Source of the DNA: Octopus vulgaris
Lineage: Eukaryota
Assembly (NCBI GenBank): GCA_951406725.2
Contig: OX597832.1
Coordinates: forward strand, 5,456,001-5,520,000
Length of the DNA stretch: 64,000 nt
Direction of reading: 5' to 3'
Within the stretch, counting starts at the first letter, position 1, and every line of letters begins with the position of its first letter. Both the position numbers and the translations under genes were made by a program. Shown in pieces: positions 38,936-54,224 of the stretch. The notes below the pieces were generated by a model. The model did not search any database, had not been told where the DNA came from, and worked only from the letters and a program-made list of their open reading frames with translations.

Positions 38936-41900
38936 TACATCTGAGTAATTAGGTGAGTGTAGAAATACATACTGAATAATATGAGGTGTGTGGGATATGT
39001 GCTGGAAAGTTAGGCGTGAGGCATATATACTTTGGAGAAAATGAATAAGTAAATGAATAAATGAAAATCCTCTATGAAGCTCGAGTAAGATTCGCTAAGG
39101 AAACTACTCCCACATCTGGAACGGACTTGCTGGGAATGTCGGTCCTCCTCCCCAAAAGCCACCCGACTGACTGACATGGAGTCGTTCACTAATATGAACT
39201 ATAGGTATGCTATTTTCTTAACTTTGCATTTTCTGCAACGACTACAGTGGCTCCTGCTTCTTGGAACTGGTTAGTGCCGTGTCACATACACCTAGACTAA
39301 CACAACTCCATCGTTTACTCTCCTTTTGCCATCAATATTGTTTATGCCTTTCATCTGTGGGCCTCGTACTAACTCCAGAAAATAACCTGTCTGGAATACC
39401 CTCCCATCCTAGGATTTCCGTGCAGTTATTGACTTTGTTTTTAATAGCCTAATTATAGAAAGAAGAGCAACGTCTACGAACTTTCCCGTGACGACTAAGA
39501 TTGGTGGCAGGACGAGAGGAAGTAATCCTAAGACCAAAAGCCTGATGCGAATGTTTGTGATAAAGCTGATAGGTCCAAATGTACCAAACTGACAGATAGT
39601 AAAGTTGAATTAAACCCAGTAAAGGATTTAGTCTACCAACTTAACCACATTGGTTTCACTGGTCTCAAAAGGACAGTGAATACTTCAAGTACAACATCTT
39701 CTTTTATCTAAGAACTATCCTGTAATTGAACTTATTTCGACTGGAATTTAATCCAAGACTTCGTTTCAATTCCAGGTTGAAACTACTTTACTTCATGAAT
39801 ATTGCTAATATTTTGGAAGTTTAACTGCAGTTTTTGTTGAGTTGTGGGAAAATAACTGGTTGATAGAGGAAGAGCAATTGAATTCAATAATATACAGTAA
39901 CGAAACATTCGTTAGTTATATAGTTATTTGTCTGCTTATGTTCGTGAGTTATACCTATACGTAGTGTCTATTTTGTTAATGAGTTACTCAGAGGAGAAAG
40001 AACAGCGGCTATACTTGTAAAGTCGTTAAAGTTTACCCTAATCGAAATATCAGTGACCCAAGAAACCAACCCTATGAAATATTTGTCGACGTAATATCCT
40101 AATTCTAAATTTAAACTGTTCACATATTATCAATGGGTCTATTTTGATTCCTTATCAAACTACTTATCAAAACTAAAGCGATTTGTGACTGATTGACCAA
40201 TCAGTCATCGTATGTTCAAAGAACTCTTTCTGTATCGCAATCAATGAAACTAATGCTATCACGTGTTGTTGTGGGAGTGGCTGAAAGTTCAATGAGTGTG
40301 ACAGGAGCGTTTTCCTAAAATGATAAGTCATATTCCACATGATGAGGCTCATTAGTAGATAGCGGTTCGCACAGGAAGTTCATTCGAAGAAGTCTAGAAC
40401 CAATCCTTCATTCCTACTTTAAAACAATTTAATAAATACTTCTCATTACTGTTGTTGTTGTCGTTGTTGTTGTTATTTAAATCAGGTCTGTTTTGCTCTT
40501 GGTGATTAAAGAATTTCCAACCATAACTAAGTAACCATCCTGTCTTGCATTCGGACAGTGTGTCTAATACTATATCATCCAATGTATCCTTTTATATAAT
40601 AAAACACTGCAGAATATGATTTGACGGAGATTTAGTTACTCTTTTTAGTAGATTAAGTTGTCATGAAAAGGCTTCCACAATGTCTCGACTCGTACTTAGT
40701 GGGAATAGTACAGTCTAAAAGCATGCGTACCCTGGGTAGTTTCCTGGTTTGGGGTGGGAGCATGAGTCTAGGGAGTGGGGTTCAATGCTAATCTGTTTGC
40801 TTGCTGCAGATACTAGTCAAGATATGGCTTCTGTCAATAATTAAATGCTATAAATAATTGTCCATTACGTTCATTCTCATCTTTTCTCATATAGCAAAAA
40901 TATCTATCAAACTCTAGTGTAGATTTTCATAATAAGAAAATTCTGCCATTACATTATCGTGGTTAGTGATATGAGAATGTCTTAAACATACCTGGATGCT
41001 ATAGTGAATTGCAATCATGGATCCATGAGATGTATGGGTTTACTATATATATATATCCCTGTGCTGCATACAATCTGTATTTAGTTGGAGTAAAAGCAAT
41101 AGAGTTTGTATTCAGATTGTACAATTTTTTGACTTTGTTCAGCATCTGTATTCCTTTTTCGTTGTTTTTGTAGAACAATTCCGGAATCATCTTTAGAAAA
41201 GGCTGTTATGGTCAAACGCCTATCTGACATATGGTGATCATCACATTTTGATGCTTTTCAGGGTCTTTGAGAAAATTAAACATTGGATTTTATATCACCT
41301 GACACTGAACAGGAGATGATAAACTCAAAGTGAGCTGCAGAAGGATTAACTAAGAAAATGGAGAATTAAGAAACAATCTTTCTGGTAATTCTTTAGAACA
41401 TCATCATAACTAAACAAAATAATTAAAGTCTTGCAGTCAGAAGATATGTTGTCATGGATGTTCTTGTATCTCTGGAAATGTACCTTCTGGAAATTAGAGT
41501 TAAGTTTAGTGAATATAGATTAAAGGTTCGTCTTAGATGTCCAGATATAGATTATCGCAATGTCAAAAAATACTAATGAAAATGAAGTGTATGTTTTACT
41601 ACCTGTGGCAAGTCAGAAAAAGTGCTTCTTGGTTGGAAACATTTCTCCAAGTTCTGAACTCTGTATCTCTGAAGTGACAAAACATAAGAAGCTTGTGTAA
41701 AAAGGACCCATAATCTCGCTGAGATTAGTGGTGAATCTTCTGCACGAAGGGTGAAAATTATGTTTGTGCTAATATTTCGCCAACTGTCGTAGGATGAAAT
41801 GATCCAAGTTCTGGAGTAAAGTTTTGTTTTCTCATTTAAACAACATAATATAAAATTTGATGGGCTTCAAATAAGGGAAATTATTGGAAATGGCTAAAAT

Positions 41901-42819
41901 TGAGCTGAAGATAAATATCTTAGATAAATATTTAAGCACATTTTATAATTACTAAAAGAGTTCCAGTAATCCAAACGCTAAGTGTATGATGAAAACTAGA
42001 ATTTTTAAATTCTGCTTTTGGTCTTTTTCAGGACTTCAACTTGTTTTTTCGTGATATTATATTTAAGTAAATTCCTTGTGTGTGTGTGGGGGGTGTATGT
42101 AGGGGTTTTAGTGCAAAAAGGAAGTAGAAATACGCATTTAGAAATACTACTACCACTACAAGACACTTTCCGTCTGCTTCTGACATATTTCTCTATTTTA
42201 ATTTTATATGTCAATATGAGATGCCTTCCCGAGATAACTAACGCAGCTTCAAGGCTTTCAACAATATATTTGTATTAAGTATGGTATACAGACTGCTATG
42301 TGGATCTTATACTGATTCTGTTGATTATGTATATCATTAATATAAAGCGTGAACGCAAACGTATGACGCATAAGAACGTAATATAAACAGTATATTATAA
42401 TAATAATGAAAGTGAGGAAAACAAGGTCGCATCGTAAGATTATATGCTTTATAACCTAACATAAATAATTATAGATTTGCAAACGAGTATGTATGGACAC
42501 GTTCAGATATATGTACGAGCATCCATCTCCAGAGAGGTGAACTCGTCATTATCCACTAAAGTACCTATAGTTATACATCGTGTTACGAACTCGGCTGCAT
42601 GTAAAACCGTTGACCAATCCATTTCGACAGATCCCACCTACACATACACCATCTTCCCTCATCTCCACCTTACTTGCTCCTTTATTTGGCTTTGGTTCTT
42701 TTCCCCATCCTAAAAGTTTATTTCCTTTGCGTCCTCACTTTTCGTATTCTCTTCTTTCATCAGTTATCTACCTCGACATAAAGCAATTTCAGTTTAGATT
42801 ACTCAACATAAACCAACAG

Positions 42820-42899
<80 letters not shown>

Positions 42900-43060
42900 G
42901 GCGCAGAAGTGGCTGTGTGGTAAGTAGCTTGTCTACCAACCACATGGTTCCGGGTTCAAAAGAGACCGATAGATTAAGTACTGGGTTGCTCGATTAAAGG
43001 CGGTGCTCCAGCATGGCCGCAGTCAAATGACTGAAACAAGTAAAAGAGTAAAGAGTAAAG

Positions 43061-43090
<30 letters not shown>
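42820..43090 (+). mobile_element. Internally deleted family A SINE (42900-43060) inserted in a (CTA)n microsatellite
   Basis: ggcgcagaagtggctgtgtggtaagtagc...gggttca joined to aaagagaccgatag...aacaagtaaaagagtaaagag; (CTA)n on both sides. Confidence 0.85.
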
Positions 43091-43098
<8 letters not shown>

Positions 43099-43880
43099 CA
43101 CTACTACTACACGTATATTCTAATATTTCAGTTATTAATTATAATAATTTTTTTTATTAATTATTATATAATATAAGGTTAATTTTTATTAAAGTGCTTA
43201 ATATAATGACTAAGTAATTAATTATAGCGATGTAAAATATCTACGCTTCGATTAAGCATAACGTAGAATTAATTCTATCTATAATTTTTATTCTTTTATT
43301 AATTATAGTAATTTTTCAATTATTATATCATAATCTTAATTCCCATAAAAGGGTATAATATAATAATTAAATAGGTATTTAATTATCTTATCAGTTATTT
43401 TTATTCGTTTAGTTATCTAGTATAGTCATCAATAATTGTATTATCATTAATTATAATAATTTTCCAATTATTAAATAGTAAGGTTAATTCCTGTATAAGA
43501 GTTAATTATATTGAATAAACAGATACTTGGTTGTCTTTTCTGTAATTTTTATTTTTTAATTACCCAGTGAGATCCTCGGTGGTTGTATATGTTATTGAAT
43601 ATAATAATTCTACAGTTATTATAAAATAAAGGTTAATTCCTATAGACGGATTATAAAATAAGGTTAATTCCCATTGACGGATTTACTATATTAAATAAAT
43701 AAAAAAATTATTGCGACATAAAGTATATAAGTTTCTATTAAGCATTACGTAGAAGTATTATTTGTAGTTTTTTTTCTTTAGTTATCCAGTGACGTCATCA
43801 ATTTTAGTAGATAAATATACTCGTTTTCTACGTTAGGCTTTTTTTATATGTAGATTTCAAATTGTCAACACACATATATA

Positions 43881-45000
43881 TTAGGTTGGCAGCTAAGTTC
43901 TCGCCGGTTTTGTAAATAAAAATTTTTTAAAGGATTAATAAAATATAACAACTAATTAATCAATAATGTATTCACCCTTGTTGTTCACAACTTCTTCCCA
44001 ACGTTCGACAAGATTTTCAATACCTCGTTAGTAGAAATCATCCGATTTCAACTCGAAAAATTGCTCTCAATTCTGCATCAGTATTGAAAGAAACTCCGTG
44101 CATAGCATTTGAAAGAGATCGAAAGAGGTGGAAATCCGTTTGCCAAATCAGGAGAGTACGGCGGATGAGGTAGCACTTCCAAGCCAAGCGTTTGAATGGC
44201 TTCTTTGGTCATATTGGCGATATCAGGGCAGGCATTGTCGTGCAGCAGAAGAACTCCATGCTGACGATTAGGTCTTTTCTCTTGAATAGCCATGTTGAGT
44301 CATTCCATCTGTTGAACATAGAGTATCGCGTTGATCGTTTGGTTCTGTTCAAGCAATTCGTAATGGATAATCCTTCCCAGTCCCACCATACGCACAACAT
44401 CGTTTTACGCGGATGAAGATCTTGTTTCGCGCGCGGTGGTCGTTTGTTTACCGGGGCTGAGCCATTCCTTACACTGCTTCATATTGACGTACGGGCACCA
44501 TTTTTCGTCGCCAGTAACGATTCGGCAAAGAAATCATTGCTTGTGTCTATGAGTTGAGCGGTAACGAGCAAGCAAACCGGCAGAGATTGTGGTTCGTTGA
44601 TTTTTGTTGTTGTCACTTAAAGCATGCGGAACTCATGCTCCATACTTCTGAACCTTTCCCATCGAGTGAAGATGCTTCTCTATAGCAGTGTGGAGCATTC
44701 CATTTTCTCTGTCAGTTCCCTTGTTGTTTGGCGAGAATTTTCATGCAAAATTTGGTTTAATCGGGTTTCATCGAACTCAACTGGACGGCCAGAACGAGGT
44801 GCGACTTTGAAGTCAAAATTTCCATTTTTGAACTTAGGATACCAATCACAATGCGGTTCTTTCAGCTATGGCACCCTCTCCATACACAGCGCAAATGTCG
44901 CGAGCAGCTTTTGCGGCCTTAGAACCTTGATTAAAAGCAAAAAGAAGAAGGTGTCGAAAATGCTCGTTTTTCTTAACTTGACATTCTATTTTAATGATCG
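43881..45000 (-). mobile_element. Mariner transposon relic (one TIR visible)
   Basis: TIR TA-ttaggttggcagctaagttc at 43881. Minus strand ECQVKKNEHFRHLLLFAFNQGSKAAKAARDICAVYGEG...IVTGDEKW...MLCVWWDWEG...LLLHDNACPD...HPPYSPDLA. Confidence 0.9.
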
Positions 45001-45699
45001 GAAAATAAACAAAAATTAACTAAAATTAACTAAAAAAAAAAAAAAACAGAATCCAAAGTGATTCAAAAATAGAATCTACTGTATACCAATTACGGTGTTG
45101 TGTCCCATGTCTTATTGATCTGTAGCAGGAATATTTGTCAGCCCCAAAACACCTAGAAATCGAACTCTGATCACTGTAACCAATGCACATCATCTAAACA
45201 CGGATGCAGTTCACCCAATTATTGCTGACGTCACTGATAAACTGACCATTCTGGTACATTTGTAAACACGATCTTATCAGCAAGTTATTTTTTCGCACCT
45301 CTTTTTCTTGAACAGGCACGCTATAAATAGAACTTTCTATTGCTACACAGGCTTGTCCGTAGCAGTCAAGACAAAGGGCAATGACTGCACCGGCGACACT
45401 TAACCAACACCACTCGTTAAAATTCGTGATCCGAAGCAAACAGCACTGCAACGGTGACTTTCAACAACAGTATTACTGTCATTTTCGACTGCAACAGCAT
45501 TTCATACTTAGTGCAAATACCTGTAGTGTCGTTCGTGATAACGATAATCTACACTAGTTGTCGACGATAAATAAGCATTTTTGCATTTCAAATCTCAACC
45601 AAATTATCACATTTATTGATTTCCAAAAATAGAAATAACAAGTTACAGACCAGAATTAATTAAGATAATGATTTTTTAATCATAATTACTGGTTTAATT

Positions 45700-46606
45700 T
45701 TAAATAATTAAAATTACTTCGTGCGCTGTGTGTTAGCACCCAAATTACTGCTTGATTATCAATGCAGCAGATATCCTGGGTATTTTCCTCTGCCACATAC
45801 CTGATGTCATGTTTAATTTAAATCGAATGTATTCAAGCGTACGTTTATGTATTTGTTTTGCAAGATTCCTGATGTGAAATCGTACGTTGAAACAGGTATT
45901 GTTATAAGAGTGTTGTAGTTCGCTTGAAGCATTGTAATATTGAAGAAGGTAAAAAGAGAGAAAATAGAAAGCTTCTGACAATGCGGAAAGTTTTATAAAA
46001 CTTTGATATTTTAGGCGCAAGGAAAAACAACATTCTGAGAAAGTCCAGTTATTTAGGTTCCGTTAATCCATTCAAATTCCCTAGCGTTGCTGCAATATAA
46101 CGCTATGGAATTTGTATGGGTTAACCAAACCTACATAACTGGACATTTCCCAGACTGTTCTTTTCTTCTGAATATGGGCTTTTGCGTCTGAAATATAAAG
46201 GTTTTATAAAACTTTCCGCGTTGTCAGAAGCTTTCCACTTGCTCTCTTTTTACCTTCTTCGTTATTATCATACGAGCAAAACGTCCCCCGTCCAATGGAC
46301 GGTGCTGAATCATATCTGCTGAATAAAAAGCAATCAGTGTTTTCTTTTAATTAAAAAATAATTAAGCATGCCTTTATTTCAAATGCACATTTCCACGGCT
46401 TTATCGATCGCATTCTCAACGTACGATTTCACATCAGGAATCTTGCAAAACAAATACATAAACGTACGCTTCAATACATTCGATTTAAATTAAACATGAC
46501 ATCAGGTATGTGGCAGAGGAAAATACCCAGGATATCTGCTGCATTGATAATCAAGCAGTAATTTGGGTGCTAACACACAGCGCACGAAGTAATTTTAATT
46601 ATTTAA
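45700..46606. repeat. 191-bp near-perfect inverted duplication enclosing an older hairpin element
   Basis: 45700-45890 versus 46416-46606, one mismatch seen by eye; inner imperfect hairpin about 45942-46260. Confidence 0.9.
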
Positions 46607-46662
46607 CTACATAACTGGACATTTCCCAGACTGTTCTTTTCTTCTGAATATGGGCTTTTGCG

Positions 46663-47042
46663 AAACCAAATAGTCTTTCCTTCCTTCATGCCAAGTTTGA
46701 AGAAAATATCTCTTTTGCATCTTACTTTTTTGGTCTCTTAAATATACTGCATTTTGTGGCATTATTTCAAGCCAGCCGAGTTTTTTGCGCAAACTGCACG
46801 TGCATTTTTCTCGCGTACGCATAGTATCGATCACAACAGCTGATGTACTTGTGCGTACAAATGCACATTTCCACGGCTTTATCGATCGCATTCTCACCTG
46901 GAATTGATTTTTGTAAATTTTTCACGACTTATACACGCTCTGATACCGTCGGTATCTACATATCAAATTTGAGCGCAATCGGATGGAGGATGCCCGAGAT
47001 CCTTGAAGACACACACAGACAGAACGGATTTTATATAATAGA
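46663..47042 (-). mobile_element. Helitron-like 5' end fragment
   Basis: Minus strand begins A|TCTATTATATAAAATCCGTTCTGTCTGTGTGTG..., a typical non-autonomous Helitron 5' terminus (TC after A); no CTAG 3' end found. Confidence 0.6.
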
Positions 47043-47743
47043 TTTGGTGATCGTCATATTTTTATCACTTAAGCACACGCACTATATACTTTGTCTTCAC
47101 TTCAGCTTTATTATTATTATTATTTTAGTTTCTTTGTCAAAGCTCTTTCATCAACATCCTGTGACCATTCCAACGACTCTTTATCCTACGGGTTTTCTCC
47201 AGTTCAGTTTAGTCAATTCTGAGAATGGACTAAGTGGCAAAAATATGACCATCCCCAAAGAGAACAATTAGTTTAACTTCAAATGAATTTTTCCGATATT
47301 GTAAACTTTCCAATCAACCTTTAAAATTAACAGATCATTTGCAACCAGAAGTTCGTTTTATTAGGAGTCCCTACTAAATGCTCATATAAACGAAATGTGT
47401 TCGTGTAAAACGTCCATGTGTTTAATTAAGACAAAGACAGTCAAATGATTCAACAACTAATTATTCGTCTGACAAAACACTCCTTCACTTTTCAAATAAT
47501 TTTCGAAATTGAGATTCAAACAAACTAGAGGAGTAAAACATGTTAGATCACAAATCTTCTTTTGGTTAAACCTGTCAGACACGCCTACCCATGGCTAACA
47601 ACAACATCAGCAACAGCGTTTTATACAAGAGCACTAACAACAATGCTAACAATAAAAAAATCAGTATTGAGATAGTCAATGGGACAAAAAAAGACTACAG
47701 TCCTTAATTTTTCAGCCTGAAATATAGATATAACACACACACA

Positions 47744-47823
<80 letters not shown>

Positions 47824-47942
47824 TATAGTGTGTATGTGAGAGAGAGTGTGTTAGTGAGTGTGTGCGTGAAAGTGGGTGCGTAACCTGAGCTGATGTACAT
47901 TTCGTAAAAGTTTCCAACTTGCGTTTAAATAATTAACGGAAT

Positions 47943-48364
47943 TGGCTGTGTGGTAAGTAGCTTGTTTACCAACCACATGGTTCCGGGTTCAGTCCCACTG
48001 CGTGGCACCGTGGGCAAGTGTCTTCTACTATAGCCTCGGGCCAACCAAAGCCTTGTGAGTGGATTTGGTAGACGGAAACTGAAAGAAGCCCGTCGTATAT
48101 ATGTATATATATATATATATATGTATGTGTATGTGTGTGTGTTTGTGTGTGTGCGTTTGTCCCCCTAGCATTGCTTGACAACCGATGCTGGTGTGTTTAT
48201 GTCCCCGTCACTTAGCGGTTCGGCAAAAGAGACCGATAGGATAAGTACTGGGCTTACAAAGAATAAGTCCCGGGATCGAGTTGCTCAATTAAAGGCGGTG
48301 CTCCAGCATGGCCGCAGTCAAATGACTGAAACAAGTAAAAGAGAGAGAGAAAAGAGTAAAGAGT
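47943..48364 (+). mobile_element. Family A tRNA-derived SINE, full length
   Basis: A box TGGCTGTGTGG, B box GGTTCAGTCCC, internal (TA)/(TG) microsatellite, tail aacaagtaaaagag repeats. Confidence 0.9.
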
Positions 48365-49489
48365 ATTCAAGATTAAGCTTTTCTCACCTGTACATGCTTC
48401 AGAGCCATTAATATAAAGTCGCAGCTCAAACATTGATTGTTTACTGTCAAATACAGCATCGTCCTCTTTTAAGTGCTAGATGTAAATCGATAGCCTTGTA
48501 TTCCTCTTCTCTAAGAACCTAAATAATGATGTGTGGTTGAAATAACGCTGCCAAGTCTTTATGGCTCATTTCCTTTCTTCTCCGACTTTTTGTCATCTCA
48601 GCAAAATAATTATCATTATTCACGTCCCGCTCACGAACAATTCCTTCTGTCCTAATTCGTACCGGTGAACACACGATTACACCCTCTTACTCTAGTTTTA
48701 CATTTTATTCCTTACACGACCTGGATTCCTTTAACGTATCTGAATGCTATAACAACTATGTGACTGAAATCAAACAGCTCAGAGAAGCGCTGTGCTTACG
48801 AAATGTAAATACGCAAAAGTCTTACATATGCAATATATAAGTTAGAAAACTTCATCAACTGAGATTATTCAAGCAGTTATATCATGCAAAATCAAACTAA
48901 ATTCCTTCGTGACGTATTTCAAATCTACAGAAAACAAACAAATGAGATAATTTTAATAACATCAGTTAATCCTAAATTTCATTTATACTTCATACTTTAA
49001 TTGTGCCCAACAGCTGTTTCATTAAGATAAGCACCACTATTTTTTGACACTATAAACAATACAGATTAGAGCAGATGTAGCCTACTGGTTTTAGATATTA
49101 ATCGGCAATAGAAAAGATGCCTTTTTCTGTTAATTTCATTTGCCAACAATAGGGATAAGGATGTGCATTGTCCGGTTAATGGCTGAAGATTGCTCGACAT
49201 TTTAAAACTGATGTAATACTTAGAGTGTTTAATAAAATGAGGTAGCATGAAACAATTGTACCACTCTACCTTGGATATCCTTGTTGCTTATTTTGATTAT
49301 AATCACCCCATTTGATTTATATGGATAATACCATACAAAATTCTGGTGTCTTTAACTTAAGTACCATATTCATCTGAATCTAAATTTTGTTGAACTTATA
49401 ATACCATGTGTATATATATATATAGCGGCGTACGTACACCATTGTGCTCACCTTATAGTAGGTATGTATCTAAATTTTGTAGGACTCTT

Positions 49490-50315
<826 letters not shown>

Positions 50316-50410
50316 TAGTTGTAAACACATTTTTTCTTCTTTCTTTCCTTCTCTTTTCCATTGACACTCCTTTCAGATACACAGGCACCCACATACACAC
50401 GCACGCACAC

Positions 50411-50467
<57 letters not shown>

Positions 50468-50719
50468 AATAAAAAACACACACACTCTCTCTCACTGGAC
50501 AATGATAAAAAGAAATACAGACCATTTTTTGAAAAATAACTTTTATCAAAACAAGAAACCCCCTTGGAGTAGCCACCTGGTTTTGCCATTTTTAAGGCCA
50601 AGAATCACTTTCTATTGAAAGAACTGACCAGCTGTATAGATGTAAACACATTTTTCTACTTTCTCTCTTCTTTGTTTCTTTCCTTCTCTTTTCCATTGAC
50701 ACTCCTTTCAGACACAAAG

Positions 50720-50753
<34 letters not shown>

Positions 50754-51035
50754 ACACACACGCACATCTCTCACTTTCTCCCCATTCCTCACCCTCTTTT
50801 ACCATGCTATATCTCTCTCCGCCCCTACACACTCAATAATTCTATAAAAAGAGACGAATCTCCTCAAAAAATTCAAATCTGAAGAATCTACTAGAGTGGA
50901 TGCAATCGGTAATATATATGATTTATAAAAACATGTGACATATTAATAAAAAATCTGTAAATATAAAACCTTCCAGATTTCTGAGTGCCTTATTTCTTCT
51001 AATATATAATACCTGTACATCACTTCCAAACCTTC

Positions 51036-51099
<64 letters not shown>

Positions 51100-51107
<8 letters not shown>

Positions 51108-51570
51108 AACCTTTACATAAATAAATAACGGGAAATACACGAAGGGACGAACAAAAAGACAAACGGGTCATTCAAAGCCTTCATTCTTCAGTCAGAAACT
51201 GATCCCTCATCGCAGATTTCGGCTGTTTAATTCTGAGATCCGCTCTGAATCAGCCAGCCACAGAAGGAAAGAATGCAACGCAACAGAGACGAACATGAAA
51301 CGAAAAATCTTTTTTAGAGACAGTAACGGTTAAAACATGGATGACACAGGCGCCCTACGGCTTTGAGACAAAAAGAGACACAAAAACAATATCAGCAAGC
51401 GTGGAAAAATAATTACCTTTTCGGTGATAAGACACATGTTGAACAAGCGGCCGATGGAAACGAGGCAGCAAGTTGCAAGAGGGTAAGAGAGAGAAGGGAG
51501 TAAGAGAGAGAGGGGACAGTGACCGAGAGAGAGAGGGAGAGAAGGAATCGAAGGAAAGAAAATAGTTTAA
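51100..51570 (-). mobile_element. Non-coding repeat related to 49490-50155
   Basis: Minus strand cagccGAAAtctg...gactgaagaatgaaggctttgaatgacccgtttgtc, ending at (TA)n. Confidence 0.4.
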
Positions 51571-52323
51571 AGACATCGTGCAGGGGTTTTGATATGATAA
51601 ACATAAAGAAGTTACCCAAATATAGTAATCACTGTTACCTTTGCCATTTGTGTAGAATAAGGTTTACACTGTGGCAGTCTAATCAATAATACCAAAACGT
51701 CCGTTGCTTTAATCAGTTGACTTTAGGACCTGAATCCCTCCAATTCGCATTATTTATTCAGTCCTAAAATTTAGATTAGTTGATCATATTGATCTTCTAC
51801 AGTGTGTTTTGTCTACCATTTACGTAAGGCTCCTGTCGGTGAGGATTGATTCTATATTTGTACCAGAAAATTCTCGAGGGTACAGTTTTTCGTTTTTAAC
51901 GGAACACCAGTAGTTGCCCATACAGCAAGTCTACCGTCCCCACACCACCAATAGTTTTGATGGCAAAAGCAAAGTCCAATGTAGCTTGGCACTTGTATCG
52001 TCGCAGGCGAACTCAGTAGTTTAAAGTACCGGAAACACATCACGAAATATTTCGCACGACGTTTTAACAATTCCGTCAATTCACCTAACTCAGCTGGATT
52101 AAAGGTAAAAATGAATCTTGGTGGAAGTTGATCTCAAGAGATGAAGAATCCGAAGAAAAAGCACAACATATTTTGTCCGAAGTTCTAGGGATTCTATTCA
52201 TCCACTACCTATCAGCTGCTTTGATAACATAAAGCTAATCGAAGTGTTTCACTTCAGAGAATTACAGATGTGAAACACTGTTATATTAGCAGTCTTTCCG
52301 CTGACTCATTTTAGCTGGATGTA

Positions 52324-52889
52324 TTGGGTTGTCCGGAAAGTTCGTGCCGAATTTTAAAGAAAAGAAAAAGGTCAATAAATACTTGCCATTACATCTTTAA
52401 TCAATCAAATATGAAACATTTTGTTGCACAATGCGTCTCCATATTTCCTTTAACTTGAAAATACCTTCTTCCTAGAATGGAGGTGGTTTCATAGCAAAGA
52501 ATTCATCAAGGTATCTTTTTACGTCATCCAAGGAATTGAAATTTTTACCATTAAGACTATTCTGCAGAGACCTGAATAAGTGGAAATCCGAAGGAGCAAT
52601 ATCTGGTGAATATGGAGGGTGGGGTTACACATCCCAGCCGAGCTGCAGCAATTTTTGTCTGGTTCCCAAAGCATCAAGTGCTGAAAATGAACTTTCGTAT
52701 CTTCCATTTTAAAGGGTTATAGAATTAACACAGGTTATAGGAATATAAACCTTCTTCCACGAAAATATAGCTTAAACTGTGCTTTAAATGGAGGTGTAGT
52801 AAAATCCTATTTTATGGACTCAACCATGTTCTAAAATAAGTCGAAAGGTAAGCTACTATATATCGGCACGAACTTTCTGGACAACCCAA
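52324..52889 (-). mobile_element. Mariner-derived non-autonomous element
   Basis: Near-perfect TIRs ttgggttgtccggaaagttcgtgccga / tcggcacgaactttctggacaacccaa with TA flanks; MEDTKVHFQH fused to a PPYSPDIAPSDFHLFRSLQNSL relic. Confidence 0.92.
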
Positions 52890-54224
52890 TACTTTCATTA
52901 ATATATAGCGTATATCGTCCCTATAATGTTAATTATCCATTTTCTTGTTATCTATGCGGCAAAACAATGTTTGATTGGGACTTAATTTGTTCAAGAACCT
53001 TTCGATACAGATTCTTGCTTATTTCAACTGCCTCTGACACATTCCATACGTGATTTGTAAAATATGTTCAGCTTCCATAGATACAAGTAGTGGAGATAAC
53101 TCCTTTATGGTAAAAATGTTAACCTTCTACTTATTTTATACGGGAGAAAATTTCAATGCGTAATGTTAAGTAAACGATCATCAATTATTGTGCCTTATCT
53201 AACGGCGGTAAGATTTAACTGCATTTAACCCATTCTATACAGCTTATATAGCGATTAGTGGACAAGTTAGATCTCTTACACAATGTAGCATTAGTAGCAG
53301 AATACAACAGATCCCTTCTATCAACATTGTGACATCTTAAGAAGTGGGGCGTTCATTTTAGCAAGGTTTAAACTTTATTCATTACTCTATTTTTGTAAAT
53401 GATCCTCGGGGATTTTTTCACATTTGAACTTCAGTGATTCAAAATTTGAAAATAATCTTTTTATAAGTCTTTTAAGATCAGAAACTTGATAAAGGATTTA
53501 CAGTAGCAGTACTGTCTTTGTGTTTCTATATATATATATTTCATTTGCAGTTAGATTACAGATGAATATGTTTTGTTATTTTTTCATCATTGATAAATTT
53601 TTAGATTTTCAAAAAGTGAAACGACTAATGCTTTTAAACGTGAACAAAATATATTTATACACTTGCAATGACAACATATTTCAACAAGTACTGCAGCTCT
53701 AAATCCTCCTCTAACCCTAACTAGTTTCGTATCCTTTTAAAATTAAAAAAAATTATCTAATTAATTTATTTATTCGTTTGTTTTCAGATTTTTACTTTCT
53801 TATATTCAAAATAAAAATCCAATGACTATATTTTTAAAGCACAACTACAACAGAGTGAGCTTTAAAATATCCATGATAAAATGAATGAGTGCAAGAAGGT
53901 GACCAGTTATCTACAGCACTATGACTAAGTTACGAAGTGTCAACCTTTGTTTAACTTGTCAGTCATAATGTCTAGGCCAGTTACTATAGCAATATAACAC
54001 ACCGCTGTCGACTGAGCCTATGTTTAAAATAATTTTTTCCTCTTACTCAACCAAGTAACTGTAAACATCCCAATGACAGTGTGTTGTTGTGGTTAGAGAT
54101 AGATTACTAATATAAATAATTATCTCAAATGAATTAAAATTTAGTCTAAAACCAAAACAACCGTATTTAATGGCACAAAAGACGCACGGTCATATCAAAC
54201 ATACTCCAGTATCTGCAGTGCATA

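Noticed and set aside
40730-41900. Possible decayed LINE ORF1/endonuclease region
   Set aside because: Coding-like composition, but no motif I could identify with confidence.
45205-45335. TGACGTCA plus TATAAATA as a promoter
   Set aside because: Short motifs are expected by chance in 64 kb of AT-rich DNA; no downstream gene evident.
53711-53721. CTAACCCTAAC, identical to the vertebrate telomerase RNA template
   Set aside because: Isolated 11-mer in AT-rich sequence; no pseudoknot, CR4/5 or H/ACA-like structure visible; such words are common in animal repeats.
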